From Bugula neritina (lineage: Eukaryota; Animalia; Bryozoa): a stretch of 64,000 nt of DNA. The DNA is taken from assembly GCA_964035545.1 (NCBI GenBank), contig OZ037766.1:28131673-28195672 (forward strand), read 5' to 3'. The translations under genes and the position numbers were made by a program. The notes below the pieces were generated by a model. The model had not been told where the DNA came from. It saw only the letters and a program-made list of their open reading frames with translations, and ran no database searches. Shown here one piece after another: positions 38,534 through 52,980 of the stretch (position 1 is the first letter of the stretch; each line of letters opens with the position of its first letter).

Positions 38534-40560
38534 TAATTATCTTTGCAAGTTCTGCTACTAGCATCATAGCTGAGAGTGCTGTTGGAACACCTTGCAATCA
38601 GAACTCTTTCTATAACCTCCCCATCTGACATCTTCTTAGCTGGAATCAGTCTAAAACAATAGGTTCAACTGTACTACCTATTATTATTATGCAGATTTTG
38701 TACTACTCCCTGTAACAAGTTGCTAACTAAGCTCATATTAATTAACACTGTTGTCAGACTACAAATTACAAGCTTTATAAGTGAGGGCATATTATTTTTT
38801 ACAACTGCATCGTTGCATAAAATACAGGCTCTACTTAGTGTTTTGTAATTTGTAAAAATGTTATTTAAATTTAAATCGATAAAAGTACTTACAGCTTATT
38901 ACTTCCAAAAATAGCTATTTCTAAGAATTTAGTTTCTGATTGGTGCAGCATCTCTAATAAGGAAACCTGTACGGTAAGGCAACTGGTAACTCTAATGTGT
39001 CAATAGAGTAGACATTGTCAGTAGGCCAGAAAAGATTCAGTTCATTATTTTTACATTGATATGAAGGTTGTTCTTCAGTTGACATGTTGCAGTCTACAAA
39101 ATATCAATTTTATAACGTCTTATATATTTGGCAAAACTGTTGTAGCAAATCAATAGCTAAATCTTTTTTGCTTTACTCGGCAGCTTGAATTATTAGTAAC
39201 AAATGGAAAATTTACCAAAATAATTGCCAAAGAACAAAAAAAATGCTTTTCAGATTGCTAATATAAAATATCTTACTTTTGAAATATATTCATTACAGTT
39301 ATAGGTCGTAGTATTCTCCATAAACAAAATGGCCAATACTTTTGTTGTGTAAGTGTTATATCACTAGGAAGCCAGTTTAGGGAAAGCTGCATATATTCTA
39401 CTAACATATATTAGTTTTTACAAAGGGTTAAAAAGTTGAACTTACAAAGCTTATTGTGAACTAGGAAATTATCATAAATTTTAGTTGCAATTTTAATCAG
39501 TATGAAGTGTATAATGAAGTTCTAATTTAGTTTAGGTTGGTAAAAGTTGCAGCCCTGCTGGACTGCATTAGGTCTGCTTAAAAATATAAAAGTGTGCTGC
39601 TTTTATTTCACTCGGAAGTACAGAATATTTTGAAAAAGTCTTGAAGCAAATTAAAGCAATTTTAAAATTGCAAATACAGGCATATATAATCAACTATATT
39701 GAAATAGTGTTGATTAAGAGATACACCTACAGTTTCCACATATATCTTGAAGTTGTCTTCTTCTTTGTGATAAATTTCTACCGAGAGAGTCTCGGACGTA
39801 AGCATTAGCCTGAGAACTACATTTAAATTCAAAGGCAGAAGCAAAGTACAATCTCTTAACAGCAGGGGAATCTACAGATAATAAAAAAAACATCTCCAGC
39901 TTCAAACAAATTTATAAAAAAGTTAGTCATATTACGCATGGCACCTTAAGAATAGTGATCTATTGTCATCCATAATAAATCACAGCAATTTGGATTCATT
40001 ATAATAAATAAGTTATGTTATTACAAAAATAAGCTAATCTTTTGCGGCAATGCTAAAAAATGTGACTCTATAAGTTTATAATTTTTAAATAGACCTAAAT
40101 TTTCCAGCCAGAGAAAAACTTTTGTGCTCCTAATGATTTTTTAATCATAGCTTATATTATTACCATTTAAATCCAACATTGATATCTACATAAATTAATA
40201 GCCAAGATCTTATGAATTGCAGGTCAGGTAAAGCAAGTACAAATGATAATGCATGCATTTGATTGGTCGTCATAACTGTGAGTAAAAAACTTTCATAGAA
40301 AATAAGTAAATGTAATCAAAGGCGAGGGATTTTCATATTTGTAAAATGTTTCATTTAATATTATGAATAGACTTCTGCACATTTCAAATAATTCTGGTAC
40401 ATAGTGTTCAATTGTCTTGCTCTGACATCAGCAATGATGGTAAATGCGATGTCTTCCTTTCTTTGATAAAAAAAGTTCGATTGGTGATAAAATAGTAGGT
40501 ATTGTGGTTGAAAAAAAAGTAAACATTTGCGTTCCACTTCTACAACGTTTTCAGGCAAAC
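38534..40560 (-). other. Exon-like fragments, possibly the 3' part of the NHL gene or a decayed gene
   Basis: Splice-bounded open segments such as DSPAVKRLYFASAFEFKCSSQAN (about 39727-39875), DCNMSTEEQPSYQCKNNELNLFW (about 38967-39094) and LIPAKKMSDGEVIERVLIARCSNSTLSYDASSRTCKDN* (about 38534-38651); phases could not all be reconciled. Confidence 0.35.
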
Positions 40561-41573
40561 TACAGCATATTGCTCTCTTTCTTAATTTTAATTCCAAGTG
40601 GTCATAGTGAGTATTCAACAGTAGTATGACAATAGTATAAATCACAAAGTTCTACATAGCTAACTACTTTGACTTAATTTTAATTTTGTTTACATTTCTA
40701 TAGTTTTTGATGTAAAAATTTTTTAGCTTTCAACTTACTGTTAATTTTTTCATTGAATCAACAAAGTTTTACATAATAGTTTAGTTTAAATAGTTTAGTT
40801 TACATAGTTTAAATTAAATTAAACTGTTAAACCACATACACGTAGCTTTGGTATATGGTTTTTGTGAAACTTGTAAAATTTCCTAGCTTCTAACTTTTAT
40901 AATCTCACGTATAGAAGATTAAATTAGTATTTATTCTTAGTTGATATGATCATATAAAACTTTTGCCCTCACTGGGATTTTAACCTGAGAACTCCGGCTA
41001 GCAAGCAGGCACTTGCTAATCATTTCACCACAGGGGCTACTGGGTAATCTTAACATTATACACATTAAGAGGTAAGTTTCATTTGAGGGAAAGTTTATAG
41101 GAATAAAAACATTCAACCAGCTACCTACAAATTGGTTGGTTAAAATTAAATACCAGGCTCTTATAAATTTTATAAACTGTCTACTAATTTGATTTTAGGT
41201 ATTAAATTATTGTTGTGTGTATATGCAAATATTTAACTTTTGGCATGCAAATTGCTATACACCTTTCAAGTAACATAATCAATTAGTTGGAGGGGTATTC
41301 GGTAAAGTTAGAAGGCAAAGTCAGATAAATGGCTCAATTGGCTCCTGGTAACAAAAGTTTGATGAAAAGTCAATTTGGCACAATTTTCAGCTTTTAAAAT
41401 ACAGTGAAATGCAAAATACTTTTTTAAATTTTACTGCTGTGGTTATAGGAGCGTATAACAAAAACTTTTTATATGCTGATACCAATCTGAGTTGTGATAC
41501 AAAGACAAAAGATATAAGAAAACAGTTGCAGTAATAATACTGCAGTCATTAACATATAAGATTTAAAACTCAC

Positions 41574-42957
41574 TTATTATAGAAATGTGATAAATGTTAA
41601 ACAAGGAGTTTTGTTCTCTTGTGACTACATAATTTCCTTCTGGGTAGTATCCAGTGTATCCACATTGTAAATGAACTTTCGCAACATCTTTTCCAGGGTG
41701 AATGTAGACTGTAGTGTTTTTTAAAACACATGACAGAGGCAAATTTATGTCTAAAATATGTAAGAGTATATGACATTATGATGATGGTATTACTGCAGGT
41801 ATGTCCTAATTTTCTTTTAGTTATCCGCAAAGGTTTATTTGTATAATTGATATTGAAATATAATAAAAGTGCTAGTATATGCTAAAAAATATACACTTTT
41901 GATAATTTCAGTCACTAAGCTTAGCTTTTAAATTTTTATAGTGACTTTAAGGAAACAAAGTGTTCTATTTGAACTCGATTTGATTTTCTATGCACCCTTG
42001 AGGCTATACGAAACTACATTATTAATTCTAACTTTATTTATTTGCTCAATCTACAAACTGGGAAACATTGTAGGTTTCTATAGTTTGAAGCATCACTTGC
42101 CTGTAAACATCATAATATTGTTTTTCGCTCCAACTAACAGACTTGAGCCAAGTTTTAGAAGAGCTAAAGGAGCATTATCTAGTTGAAAACTGCTTGTACA
42201 GAGGTCTTCTTCATTATGGCATATCGGAATGACCAACTCTGTATTCAAATCAAGAAGTCTAAGTACTTTATTTCCATTCTCAGCAATTAAAAGTTTATTC
42301 TTTTCTATTTCAATAATGCCATAAGGATAGAAAAATTTAGACTGCGAAAAGCTGCCATAAACATGTCCTGCAGATTTTTCTCCTGCAATCTTGACGTTGG
42401 AGACTGAGTCATTACTAAATTTAACCAGAGAAATATAATGACTGTTTGTTACAAATAAGCCTCGATCATTGACCCACAAAGCATTTTTCGGAAATTTGAA
42501 TCCAGAACTAATAACAGTACTAAGTTTGCCAGTTTCTTTGTTTACAGCTCTCAAGGCTTGATTGAAACGATCGGTTACAAACAGTATCTGATTTGTGTTG
42601 TCAACTTCTACACTCCAAGGTTTGTTCATTTTGCCAGTGTTGACACTTCCTTCTACAAACCCTTTCATTTCACATGTCCCAGCTAAGGTATGTATCCTGT
42701 TGCTTAACCTGTTCAACATCTTGATACAATGGTGATTATACGCTACTATTACCACATGCGTTGTGTTCAGTTGTTTAAATCCTGTTAAGTGGCTCGATTT
42801 GATTGAGGTTATAACTGAAGTTGTCTTTCCATCAGTTGTCTGAAGGTCTTGCCACGTACTGAACAGAATACTTCCATCATTTTTGTACAGATCCAGTTCC
42901 ATGTGCCGAATGTTTGCAGATAAGTTAGCATATAGCTTTGAAGACTTGAAAGAAGCA
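41574..42957 (-). CDS. NHL-repeat / beta-propeller protein (internal exons)
   Basis: Large exon 42957-42101: HCIKMLNR...TLAGTC...GF.EG...MNKPWSVEVD...LFVTDRFNQALRAV...FKFP...IAG...G...FFYPYGI...LLIAENGNKVLRLLDL; next exon 41750-41574 joins in frame (DINLPLSCVL...LQCGYTGYYP). First exon and true end unresolved. Confidence 0.75.
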
Positions 42958-45900
42958 CTGCAATAAAAATTTGCACTATATAGTTTTATTGAGGTATAAA
43001 AATTTAAACTTTTACTGTAGGGCAGAAGTATATTTGTAATAATAAGTTTGAGAAAAATTATTTTGTTAAAAAGGTATTTCCAATCTTTTAAATACAGCTA
43101 TTCAATGCCACACTTGGCTTATGAAATTTAAGTGGGTAGCACAGTAAGCTTACTGAATATTGCGATAAGAAGATATAATAATATGCATAAAATACCTTGA
43201 ATTAGGAAACTTGTTTGGACAATGAATGGACCAGACTTTTATATCAAATAAAATCTAAAAATATAAAAAGTAAACTTTAGAAATCCATTGTAAGTTGAAG
43301 CAAATTGAAAAAACTAAATTCAAGACTTTAGTTTGTATTTTTACTCAATTGACTTTATCACTACGCATGGTTACTATATCTACTTTTGAATATTTAAAAC
43401 TGTCTCATATATAAAAATTTTCAGAAAATTCAGTTTATGTCATAAATATCTAAATATATATACACACGTATATTATTCAATTTAATAAAATAGATATACA
43501 TGGCCAACAGAAATTTATTTACTGTCCATAAAAATATATTACATATGTTGTAACAGTGGAAATATTTTAAGTTCAAAACTGTTTATAGGTGTTTTTGTGT
43601 GTATTTTAAAAATGACGGGCATAAAAAATATTGCGTAAACTATAATTTATGGTAAAATAAGTTAAAATTGGTGTTGAACTGCTGGGCAATTTTTTATCAC
43701 ACTTCTTATAGCTTTTATTTTGCAGCACCTTAAAATAAAGTAGGCTTTTACTTATGCAACATTTGGCCAATGAGCTTCAAAAAGACAAGAAAGCAGTTGA
43801 GCTGTGGTACAAGCAAAATGAAAGCTTAAAACACAAATGTTTTATTCTAACATTTATAAAATAATTTTGAAAGTATATGTAAAACAATGTCATTCAAATG
43901 TAGATACATGTTTAAATTGTTTTTGATTATAATGTGGTATAAAAGTTTACAGTAAAATGACTAAAGGCTGAAGAAATTCATTTTAAAAACTACTTGCTTT
44001 TAAGATGGTTAAATGATTTTAAGCAAAAACCAATTTATGCCAAGTTACAGAGTTAATCTTAAATTAAAAATACAGAAGTGCAAATAAGTCATATTGTGCA
44101 AATAAATATCTTTTTAAGCTATTTCATGTTCCAGCTGTTTTAATTCAAGTGATGCATGGCTTACAATGCAAAGTGCATGTTTAGAACATATTTCATCAGC
44201 ACAAAATATCTGTAAAAAATCTTGATTCACGGGCATGATCTCTGCAGGGAGCAGAAAAGAACTTAGTCCATAAAACTCATGCATAGATTACCCAGCTAGT
44301 TGAGCATTACTATCCTTTCTGGAGAAAATAGTTATGACATTGCTAGACAATGCATGAGGCATTTGATAGCGATCTCAGGAATATTTCCTTTAAAAAGTAG
44401 TCCAATGTTTATTGTCAACTTTTTATACAGAAGCAGTTATTGTAATTACCAAACCATGCAATATTTTTTCTACTTTCTTAGTAGAAAGTATATACATGTA
44501 CTCGTTTAGCAGCTTCAATTAAACATGAATTGAAAAGTAAGTATTTATATATAACTTACTGCAACACATATAAACCACTTCATTCTGCCTTATGTTTTCT
44601 CTCTGAACTTCTATCACAGTCTATAGCTTACTAATGTATATAAGCTATTTCAGCCATTTGTCTATAGCTGCATGGTTTGACTTTGTATCTTGGCAGCTGT
44701 AAATGTAATGTAACTAACTGTAGCCACTCTGTTTTTGTTTTACTATAGCAGTTGAAATTAAATTTAGTGCTGGTTTTAATAGTTGAAATCAAAAACATTT
44801 CTACATAACAAAAAAAACATGTTGTGTATGAGAGCATCAAATTCGTAAGCATGCAGCTATTTGAGCTAGAAAAGGATCCTGAATAGTTTTTCAGTATAAA
44901 TCTAATATCCGCTAAAATAATAGCTTTAAGAGTGGAAGAGTGCAGTGAGTAGGATATATAAGAGAGCTCTTTTCACCTGTATATATATGCATTGCATGGT
45001 TACTCTGCATGGATATCCAATAGCATAATATTAGTCTCACTTAGTCATGTATCAACTGTGTGAAATATCACAGAACTTTGCAAACTATAAAGGGTAAAGC
45101 ATTATTGAAAATATGTTGAGGTGTGTTTTGATTTGATTACCATCACAAAATATAATGGTAGTATAGCTATCTATAGCTGATATAATTTTCAGCTGCAAGC
45201 ACAGCAAATTATTGATTGTCTAATTATAGGCTTGTAGATCGTAGAGAAACGCTGCTAGTAAGCAAATCTTTAACATTTTATGAAATTTCTAGTCATTTTT
45301 GGTGCACAAGATATCAAAAGTTTAGTTGTTATATGTAATGTCATATATAGCATTTTAATCTACACTGTATTAGTTTTGACAATTGCATTCTTAATCGTAG
45401 CATGCAGGGTAATAAAGTATTATATTGCATTGTCTTTTAATATAATGTAACTTGTAACCATGTTTAAATAATCTTTCTAGGTATATAAGATGCTTTAAGT
45501 AAACGCAACATAACGTTCAACCACAAAAAAATAGTTTTTATAATTTCTTAAAATAATCGAAGAGATTAGAAGTTTTAATAAAACGTGAATTCAGTAGAAA
45601 ATTTTTAGTTGTAGGAACAGAAGTCAAGTATGTATAGTTTTGAAATTATCAGGTTTTGTTACAAAGTTATTTAGTAAGCCATTCCTCTGTAACTGGGAAT
45701 TTTCAGACGCATGCATGCAAGAAGCTGTATGTTCTACCAGATGAGTTGTGGGCTTACTGGCAAAAATCTTTGGCCTTGTGTACAAAATGATCAGTAAATC
45801 ATAGGTTAAAATAATAGCAGTTTTGGTAAGAGTGCTGCAGACTGATTCTAATAAATTTACAAAGAGTTTATGTACTTGGGTTGTTGCTACTGTACCAGAC

Positions 45901-48900
45901 AAATGTCTATTAAATAAACATAATTGTCCTTAGAAATACCACAATGATTAGTCCACTTTAAACCTGGTAAACTGCCACTGCATAACCCTATAGGGTATCA
46001 ACATAGCCTAGCACCTATAGCAGAGGTAGGACAAGAATAACATAACCACAATGACATGGCCACAGATTCAATAGTTAGCACAAAGCAGATGAATAATGCC
46101 TGCTGACTATGTCACCCAAGCAAAGACAGAAACTTTAATGAGGTAATGAGGTGAATAAAACTTTCGTTTATTGTTTTAAAGCTTTCATATCATGCAGCAT
46201 AATATACAGTGAAATTGAATTATAATATAGTCAGGTGCAAGTAGTTTTCAATATAGAAAGAATTCTTGGTTTTATCTCAACCATGTGTAATCCTTTATTA
46301 AATTACAAATTTGTAAAATTGCCAAATTCTTTCATAGCTTAAATTTTATGAACAAGAACCTGCAGTGAGTATTCATAATCATCTATGCTGCTGTACTTGT
46401 CTATATAGTATTTATAATCATCTACACTGCTGTAGGCTACTCGTCTATGGTATACATTTTTCAGACAAAATGTTTTAATTTTGTGAAAATATTCACATTC
46501 AAATTTTAAAAATATTTTTTTAAATTACTTATAAGACTTTACCATGCCACCATAATATTATCTGCATTGATAACATTTACAAATAACATTTTTTTCTTTT
46601 TATTTTTGTGTTCTTAAATTAAATTTTGTTGTAATTAAGGCATATCGACTTAGCTACCCTGAAAAATCAATTAATCACCGATGTAAAAATGTTCTTTTTA
46701 CTTGAAAGAAGTTATATTGTTGTTGAAAAAAATGATAGTCTTGTTTCATACACCTTCATTACCAGGAAAAATGTTTACTAAATTTGCTTAGACTGAAAAT
46801 ATGTGCTATATGCCTTATAATGCAAAAAAAACAATATTATAATAATAATATGATCCTCAAATAAATTATACAACATATTTTTCTATTATTATTTCTATAT
46901 AGTAAGCTAATTGATACATTCTTCTTAATTTATTAAAACTTATATTGAAACTTAAAATAATGTTGGGTTACAAAAGCCACATTAATTGTTAAGTTATTGC
47001 ATTTCTTTAAAAAAGAGACTTGGCATTTCTAGATGGCCCTGAAAACTGTGAATTTCAATGAATCGAAATTTATTAACAAAATAAAAAAATATTATTGTTA
47101 AAGTCAAAGTTGTTTCCTTTGCATACAAAACATAATCTATTGCATCATTCTGTATGTTAACTTTTTATAATGAGCTGCATTGCATCAATTGCATTACCAA
47201 GATTGGCAATAAGCTGGGTATACAACTCCAATCTATTGCAGGAAGCAAAACAATGTATAATAATAATATTATACAGCTAAATAATCACCATCTATATTAT
47301 GGTAAATAAAAAGAATATAGCTAATTTTTGGATTTACATATATCATATATATGTCCATAAAATTGCCTGAGGAAATCTACATAGACTTTGCTAATTGAAA
47401 AGCTAAGTAGTCCTATGGTTTATATATTTTGGATAACAACTATTATTTATGTATAAGTAGTGAAAGAGAACTGCCAATAACTAGACTAAGCTCTTCAACT
47501 GCTTTTAAAAACTTTAGTTTAAGCGATCAGAGGAACAAAGCATCTTTTGCTTTATGGCTCAATTTTATGATCATTTATTATGAGGGGCAGGGGGAAGAGA
47601 AAACCTTTTGAAAAAGCATTATGTTGACTCACTATAGGGAGCACTCACTATAATGAGTTTTCAAGAAGTGGTTAATCATGCATGTAATAATGTTGTAAAT
47701 AAACTCTGCATTCTGAAGCAAGTTGTTTTCGGTCAGCCAAATACATTAGAGTGGTGCTTTCAATCGCTGAAATTGAATAAAATGTATTCTAGCCCAGTGC
47801 TCCAATAGGCTAGTTTAACTTTAAACATCGTAGGCATCCAGGTTATTTCGATAAAATCAATTACTGTTAATTGAAAGTTCATACTTTTTTAGTTGCATTC
47901 ACAAAATATTTAAAAAAAATCTCAACTCAATATACCAGAAAAAATGAATTAAAATATATGTGTTAATAGCACTGATATTGACGTGACCGTGGCACATGAA
48001 AAATCTGAAAGAAGAGTTGTCTTCTATTTTTCTATATTAACGTATAGAGCTTGCCGTGAAAATACAGATTTTTAAAAAAAAATATTGTGACCCTCTGGTA
48101 ATTTTTTGAATTTAGAAAATTGGCTCATATAATTCTTTTCATGTGGACAACAGCTCACTTTTTTTTAAATTTATTTTGAAGCTCTTTTCGTAAAAAATAA
48201 TCAAAAGTAAAAAATCCAAAATTTTTACAAATTGGTTCGGGGCTTGATGTGAAAGGCGTTTGGACGAAGATGTCAAGGTCACCATTAATAAATATATTTC
48301 ATCACAATACTGCACGAAAAGCTAATGAAGTGAGCTGAAAATTAGGTTGCTAGCATATTGATATACATTATATTGATTGTTACAGTATTATTTTTTAAAT
48401 TTGTTTTGTTATCAGTTAAGTTTAACTTTTTCATAAAGCTGCTGTTAGACTAAGAGTAAGACATAATATTACTATTAGCAACAATTACAATGATAATATT
48501 AAATTAAAACTATTATTAAATTCACGGTGAAGTGTCACTATGACTATGATACTCTATGACTATGAGTATGAGTATCGTATAAATTAATTATAATGAGTAT
48601 GAGTATCACTATGACATTAACTCAATCAGTGATTGACTATGTCTATTACTATGAATATGACTATGCATAACATAATGAGAATATCAATATGAATATGGCT
48701 TCTAATTATTGTAACTTTTGACTATGACGATGCTGATACTGATAGTGATAATCACTGCCAGCCCAAGTCTCATACTCATAGTGATACTATTACTATTGTC
48801 TATTAGTATTACTATTAGTACAACTACTAGTATTACTCATAGTTCTGATAATGATGCAGATGATAGTTTTAGAAGTTCTACTTCTACTTTTATAGTACGC

Positions 48901-49409
48901 TAGATTGTATATTGATATTACTATAACATTGATTGTACAGAGGTAGCTAAAATATACATTAAATTACCAATAATTTTAACTCGCCAATACACTATGAGTA
49001 GAACAATCAAATGCAATGATAGAAAATTAATTAGTCATAGCAGCCCGTTGCTTGAAGAACATCAAGCTACAGGTCTAAAATTATGTAGTTTTGTGATCCA
49101 TTACATAACAAAATAATTTTTTTCAAACTGGTTTAATACTTTTATTATGAACACGCTTATCAAAGTAACATGTTTGTGATGTATATTCTATTAAAAAAGC
49201 AATCACATCAGGTTTTCAACTTGTATGTTGTACAATGTTTATTATGGTGACAAGTTACTAAATCATATAGTTCAGCTTTGTAAAGTAAAGCTGATAAAAT
49301 AAATACAAGTATGTGATTGTTTTACTGCTATATATTAAATTTAAATGAGTTGAATAATATCCTAGTGCAGTGAATTAGATATTTTTTAGCTTTGGTACAC
49401 CTGTTTGTT

Positions 49410-50042
49410 ATAGGCTAACATTCCACCAATAGAAGAATGGTGCAAGTAGAAGAAATTTCAGGCGCAGAAAGCTAAGGAGCAGTCAGAATGCTGCCAGAGT
49501 TGTGAAGAGGCACTTGAAAAAGCTGAATTTCAATAATGACATGACATTCGTAACATATCACCCTGGTGTATTTGAACTGACATGGCCAGCAGAGTTCTCG
49601 AAGTCACATTCAACAGCTATTTACATCATCATGGTTAGCTTAAATTTAATTCCTATATCAGTCTCTAATATATAGTTTGATATCTGCTGTAAATTCGCTT
49701 AAGGAGCATACACATAACCAAAACTGAGTTACACTATAGTATTTGTTCTTGAATATATTTACCAAGATAAGTAGATTTGCTAATTCATTAACAGTAAAAT
49801 TATAATGATACAACAATTTTTCTTTTAGATGATTCAATCAATAACACAGGACACTACAACATGGTTTTGCAGTTATAAAGTATTAATTTTCTGGCTCTTT
49901 CCAAATCTTCATAGAAGGCAAAGAAAACCACCGTCAGCTTGCCTTTATAACTGAGTGCAAGCTTCTTCCACCTACAGATGATGATAAACAATTTGCTGAT
50001 GTGGAACTTTCTAATTTTGTTTACAATGAAGATAGATTATAG
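49410..50042 (+). pseudogene. KolX / P2X7 cytoplasmic-domain-like pseudogene inside the transposon
   Basis: Fragments EEWCK*KKFQAQKAKEQSECCQSCEE, TFVTYHPGV, RVLEVTFNSYLHHHG and WFCSYKVLIFWLFPNLHRRQRKPPSACLYN*VQA..PPTDDDKQFAD follow the WCxCxxC...CC...CITxHPGF...YRxxxxW...R..LPxC...R..FP pattern; stops and frameshifts present. Confidence 0.65.
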
Positions 50043-52618
50043 GACATTATTCTTTATGTAAAGATTGTCAAGTTTTGTTATAATTAAGAACAGTTTTAGT
50101 TTCAATAAATCAGTTCAACATTATGGACATCATTGCACAAACATTTTAATCTTTACTATCTACAAAGGTATCTGATGGACTACTTGAAAATACAAAACTA
50201 TGCTCCAGATACACAATGAACTGACCAGCAAAGTTAAAATGAGTTGGAGATGTAGAACATAATATCTTGTTCAAGGCTTTTCCCTGCTGTTGGAACCTTC
50301 TTCTTCAGAACACTGAATTGAACAAACATATGTAGATATATAAAACTTTGCAAACAATAATAATGTGAAATTAGTTGCTAAGTATCACATTGCTAATAAA
50401 TACAGCGTTGTGTAATATTTTATTTAATTTTCTTTTGAGCCGTTTGATCTATAGGCCCGCATAGTATTTACTATATTATAACTAGTAAATTGCAGACACA
50501 TTATGTCAGACCAGTCTCCATTTAAATAGAATAGTGTAGGCTATCAAATTTGTAGAAGTAAAAAACCGCATTCTTATTGAGTAAAATACTTACCTTTTTT
50601 TTCATGATGCCTCTACTGCTAAAAAGAGAAGTTTTTATCAATACAGCTCCATCAATCTGTATCCTGATGAAGCTAGTAGTTTAGGAACATTTGTGGCGGG
50701 GAGTGTAGGCTGAGCTGCAGTATAGGAAGAACCCCAACATATGTAATCTATTCAGCACATTATATGTATTGTAGAAATTTATTCAAAAAAGAATTTAGAA
50801 AATGTTTCATGAAGCATGAACAAAATAAAAATTAATGCTGTAATATTATTACACCCATTAGAATTACTAGCAGCTATAGCATTAAAATTATGTATTTTTA
50901 TAAAAATGTGTCTAATTTATGCTACAAAGTTATTACTGCCAAAGGTTACAAAATTTACCAGTCACATTCATGCAGCTGATGGAGAATAACTAACCTTCAC
51001 ATGCAATAAATACAATTAGTAGCTCTATCTAAAACTAATGCGCTGCTAAATGTTAGGAGTATAAGTTATAGTTATTCTAAGGAATAATTGCAAAAAAAGT
51101 TACGTAGAGGAATTTAACTCTTATTATAATGTAATTATCTTCCAAGATATATTACAACATCACTACTTGGATGCATACAATGTCATATTTATATTGGCTT
51201 CAACATAATTTTCAATAATTTCCAATCTATTAACTTGAGCATTATGATTGTGATTATTTTATAAATAAGGCGATGATTAGGCACTGTTGGTATTTTGGTC
51301 CAATTTATTTATAGCTGTAACAGGCAGAGTTGTAAATATAATGGATATATCAAAATTCCAATGGGTATAGTACTCTAACACAACATTGATACTAATAATT
51401 GTAGTCACTTACTCTTAGAATTAGTGAATGATGATACAGTCATAATAATTTGAATATTAATCAGCATTAGAGATAGACTGACTGCTTTATAATATTATAG
51501 TTATTATGTCAAATTGAATTTATTCACTATAACTAAAAAAATTATGATTATAATTATAAATTAAAATAATTTAAATATTATATAATATATTGATAATTAT
51601 TGGAATCATAATTATATTTATTGTTATGATCACTATGATTATAATTATTTAATATTATCTTTATGTTTGTATTTAAAGTTGTTCCTTAAATCTAAAGTTG
51701 TTTAAGTTTTATAAATTTATTATAATTATATTACTGTATAAGTATTGCTATTAGTATTAGTATAATTAAATTATTATAATTTATATTTTATTATTTACAT
51801 TTATTTTACTTTTTATTTTAGGACCAACAGTTCAAATTAATACTTGTGTCGTTTGCTTTATATTATAACTTACAAGTATAACTATTAACATAGTAATATT
51901 AGATTTGCTGTTAGTATTACTATGAATATAAATATTTATGTTAATATAGCTATCGGTATAACTTATACTTATAGTTATAACTAATATTACAAGTATTAGT
52001 TTCGAAACTGATCCTGCTCCGTAACATTAACATACTGATACTCATACTGTCATATGATTATCATTATGACTAATAATGGTATTAATAAATATAACCATTG
52101 AATATTATTAATAATAGTTCACCAATACTAATAGGCGATAGTCATAGACTTAGAGTGAGAGTCATAGACATAGACTAGTGATACTCATACTGATAGTGAT
52201 TCACTGATTCAATTACAAATTTTAAAACTTGGTTTTACGTAGACAACTACTAACCTATAGTTCATCACAAAACGGTTGAAAATCATCATTTACTGCATAT
52301 TTAAGAGTAATTTTCTGGTAGTGTGGTCGACATGATAATTGAAATTAAAATAGGAAATATAATTATTTTGTGATTTACAGCAAGTTACAAACTAGCGAAA
52401 TGGAATAGTCCATTTGAAAACAGTCAAATTAGTTACCTTTCTTGATGCTGCGTAGCTAACGTTAGTTATTAGTAGCCGCCCGAAGAGTAACATTCACATG
52501 ATTTGAGCTACGAATAACGAGAATCTGTGACAAACCCGCTTCTTAATAACTTTACGCGATATAAACTCACGCTACAATAGGGCTATTTTGCCATCCCCAC
52601 GTCAGAATAGGACACGGA

Positions 52619-52650
52619 GGGCAAGCTCGCGGGCAAGTCTGGGCAAGTCT
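52619..52650. promoter_or_regulatory. p53-family response-element-like cluster (three RRRCWWGYYY half-sites)
   Basis: GGGCAAGCTC (52619-52628), GGGCAAGTCT (52631-52640) and GGGCAAGTCT (52641-52650); the last two form a zero-spacer full site. Confidence 0.55.
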
Positions 52651-52980
52651 AAGACACCTAATATGACCACTTTTACTTGCATTTTTGTAGTGTTTTCGTA
52701 TAAGAAATTGGATAAAATGCTGATAAAACAGTTGAAAAGCATGCAAACTTTTGCTCAAATGTAATAAATAACCTGGATGCTTACGGCCTTTAATATTTGA
52801 ATACATTTAACTAGAAGGAAGTAAAACTGGTAATTGAACACCACTGTTTATATTTATGACCTCCACCAAAAACACGCTGCTTACAACAAAAGTCGTTACT
52901 GATGGCATGTTCCTTGCATCACTGCCAAGTACTACTGCTCTGGTTGAAATCTATATTTGAATTTTACAAGTAGAACGCTG

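Larger units (their letters stand above)
47825..52789. mobile_element. Decayed Kolobok-like DNA transposon (~4.97 kb), TTAA TSD
   Basis: TTAA at 47821-47824 and 52790-52793; 24-bp TIRs matching 20/24 (acatcgtaggcatccaggttattt / aaataacctggatgcttacggcct); the two flanks are contiguous in the paralogous block at about 4632-4675; internal KolX-like remnants. Confidence 0.85.

Noticed and set aside
48530-48903. Hydrophobic 61-aa ORF and ACTATG/AGTATG-type hexamer tracts (similar tracts near 51900-52210)
   Set aside because: Low-complexity repeats inside the transposon; no coding signal.
50660-50700. Other CTGATGA/CTGAAGA motifs (also near 23338, 33475, 43968 and 57499)
   Set aside because: No stem II followed by GAAA and no closing stems, so not hammerheads.
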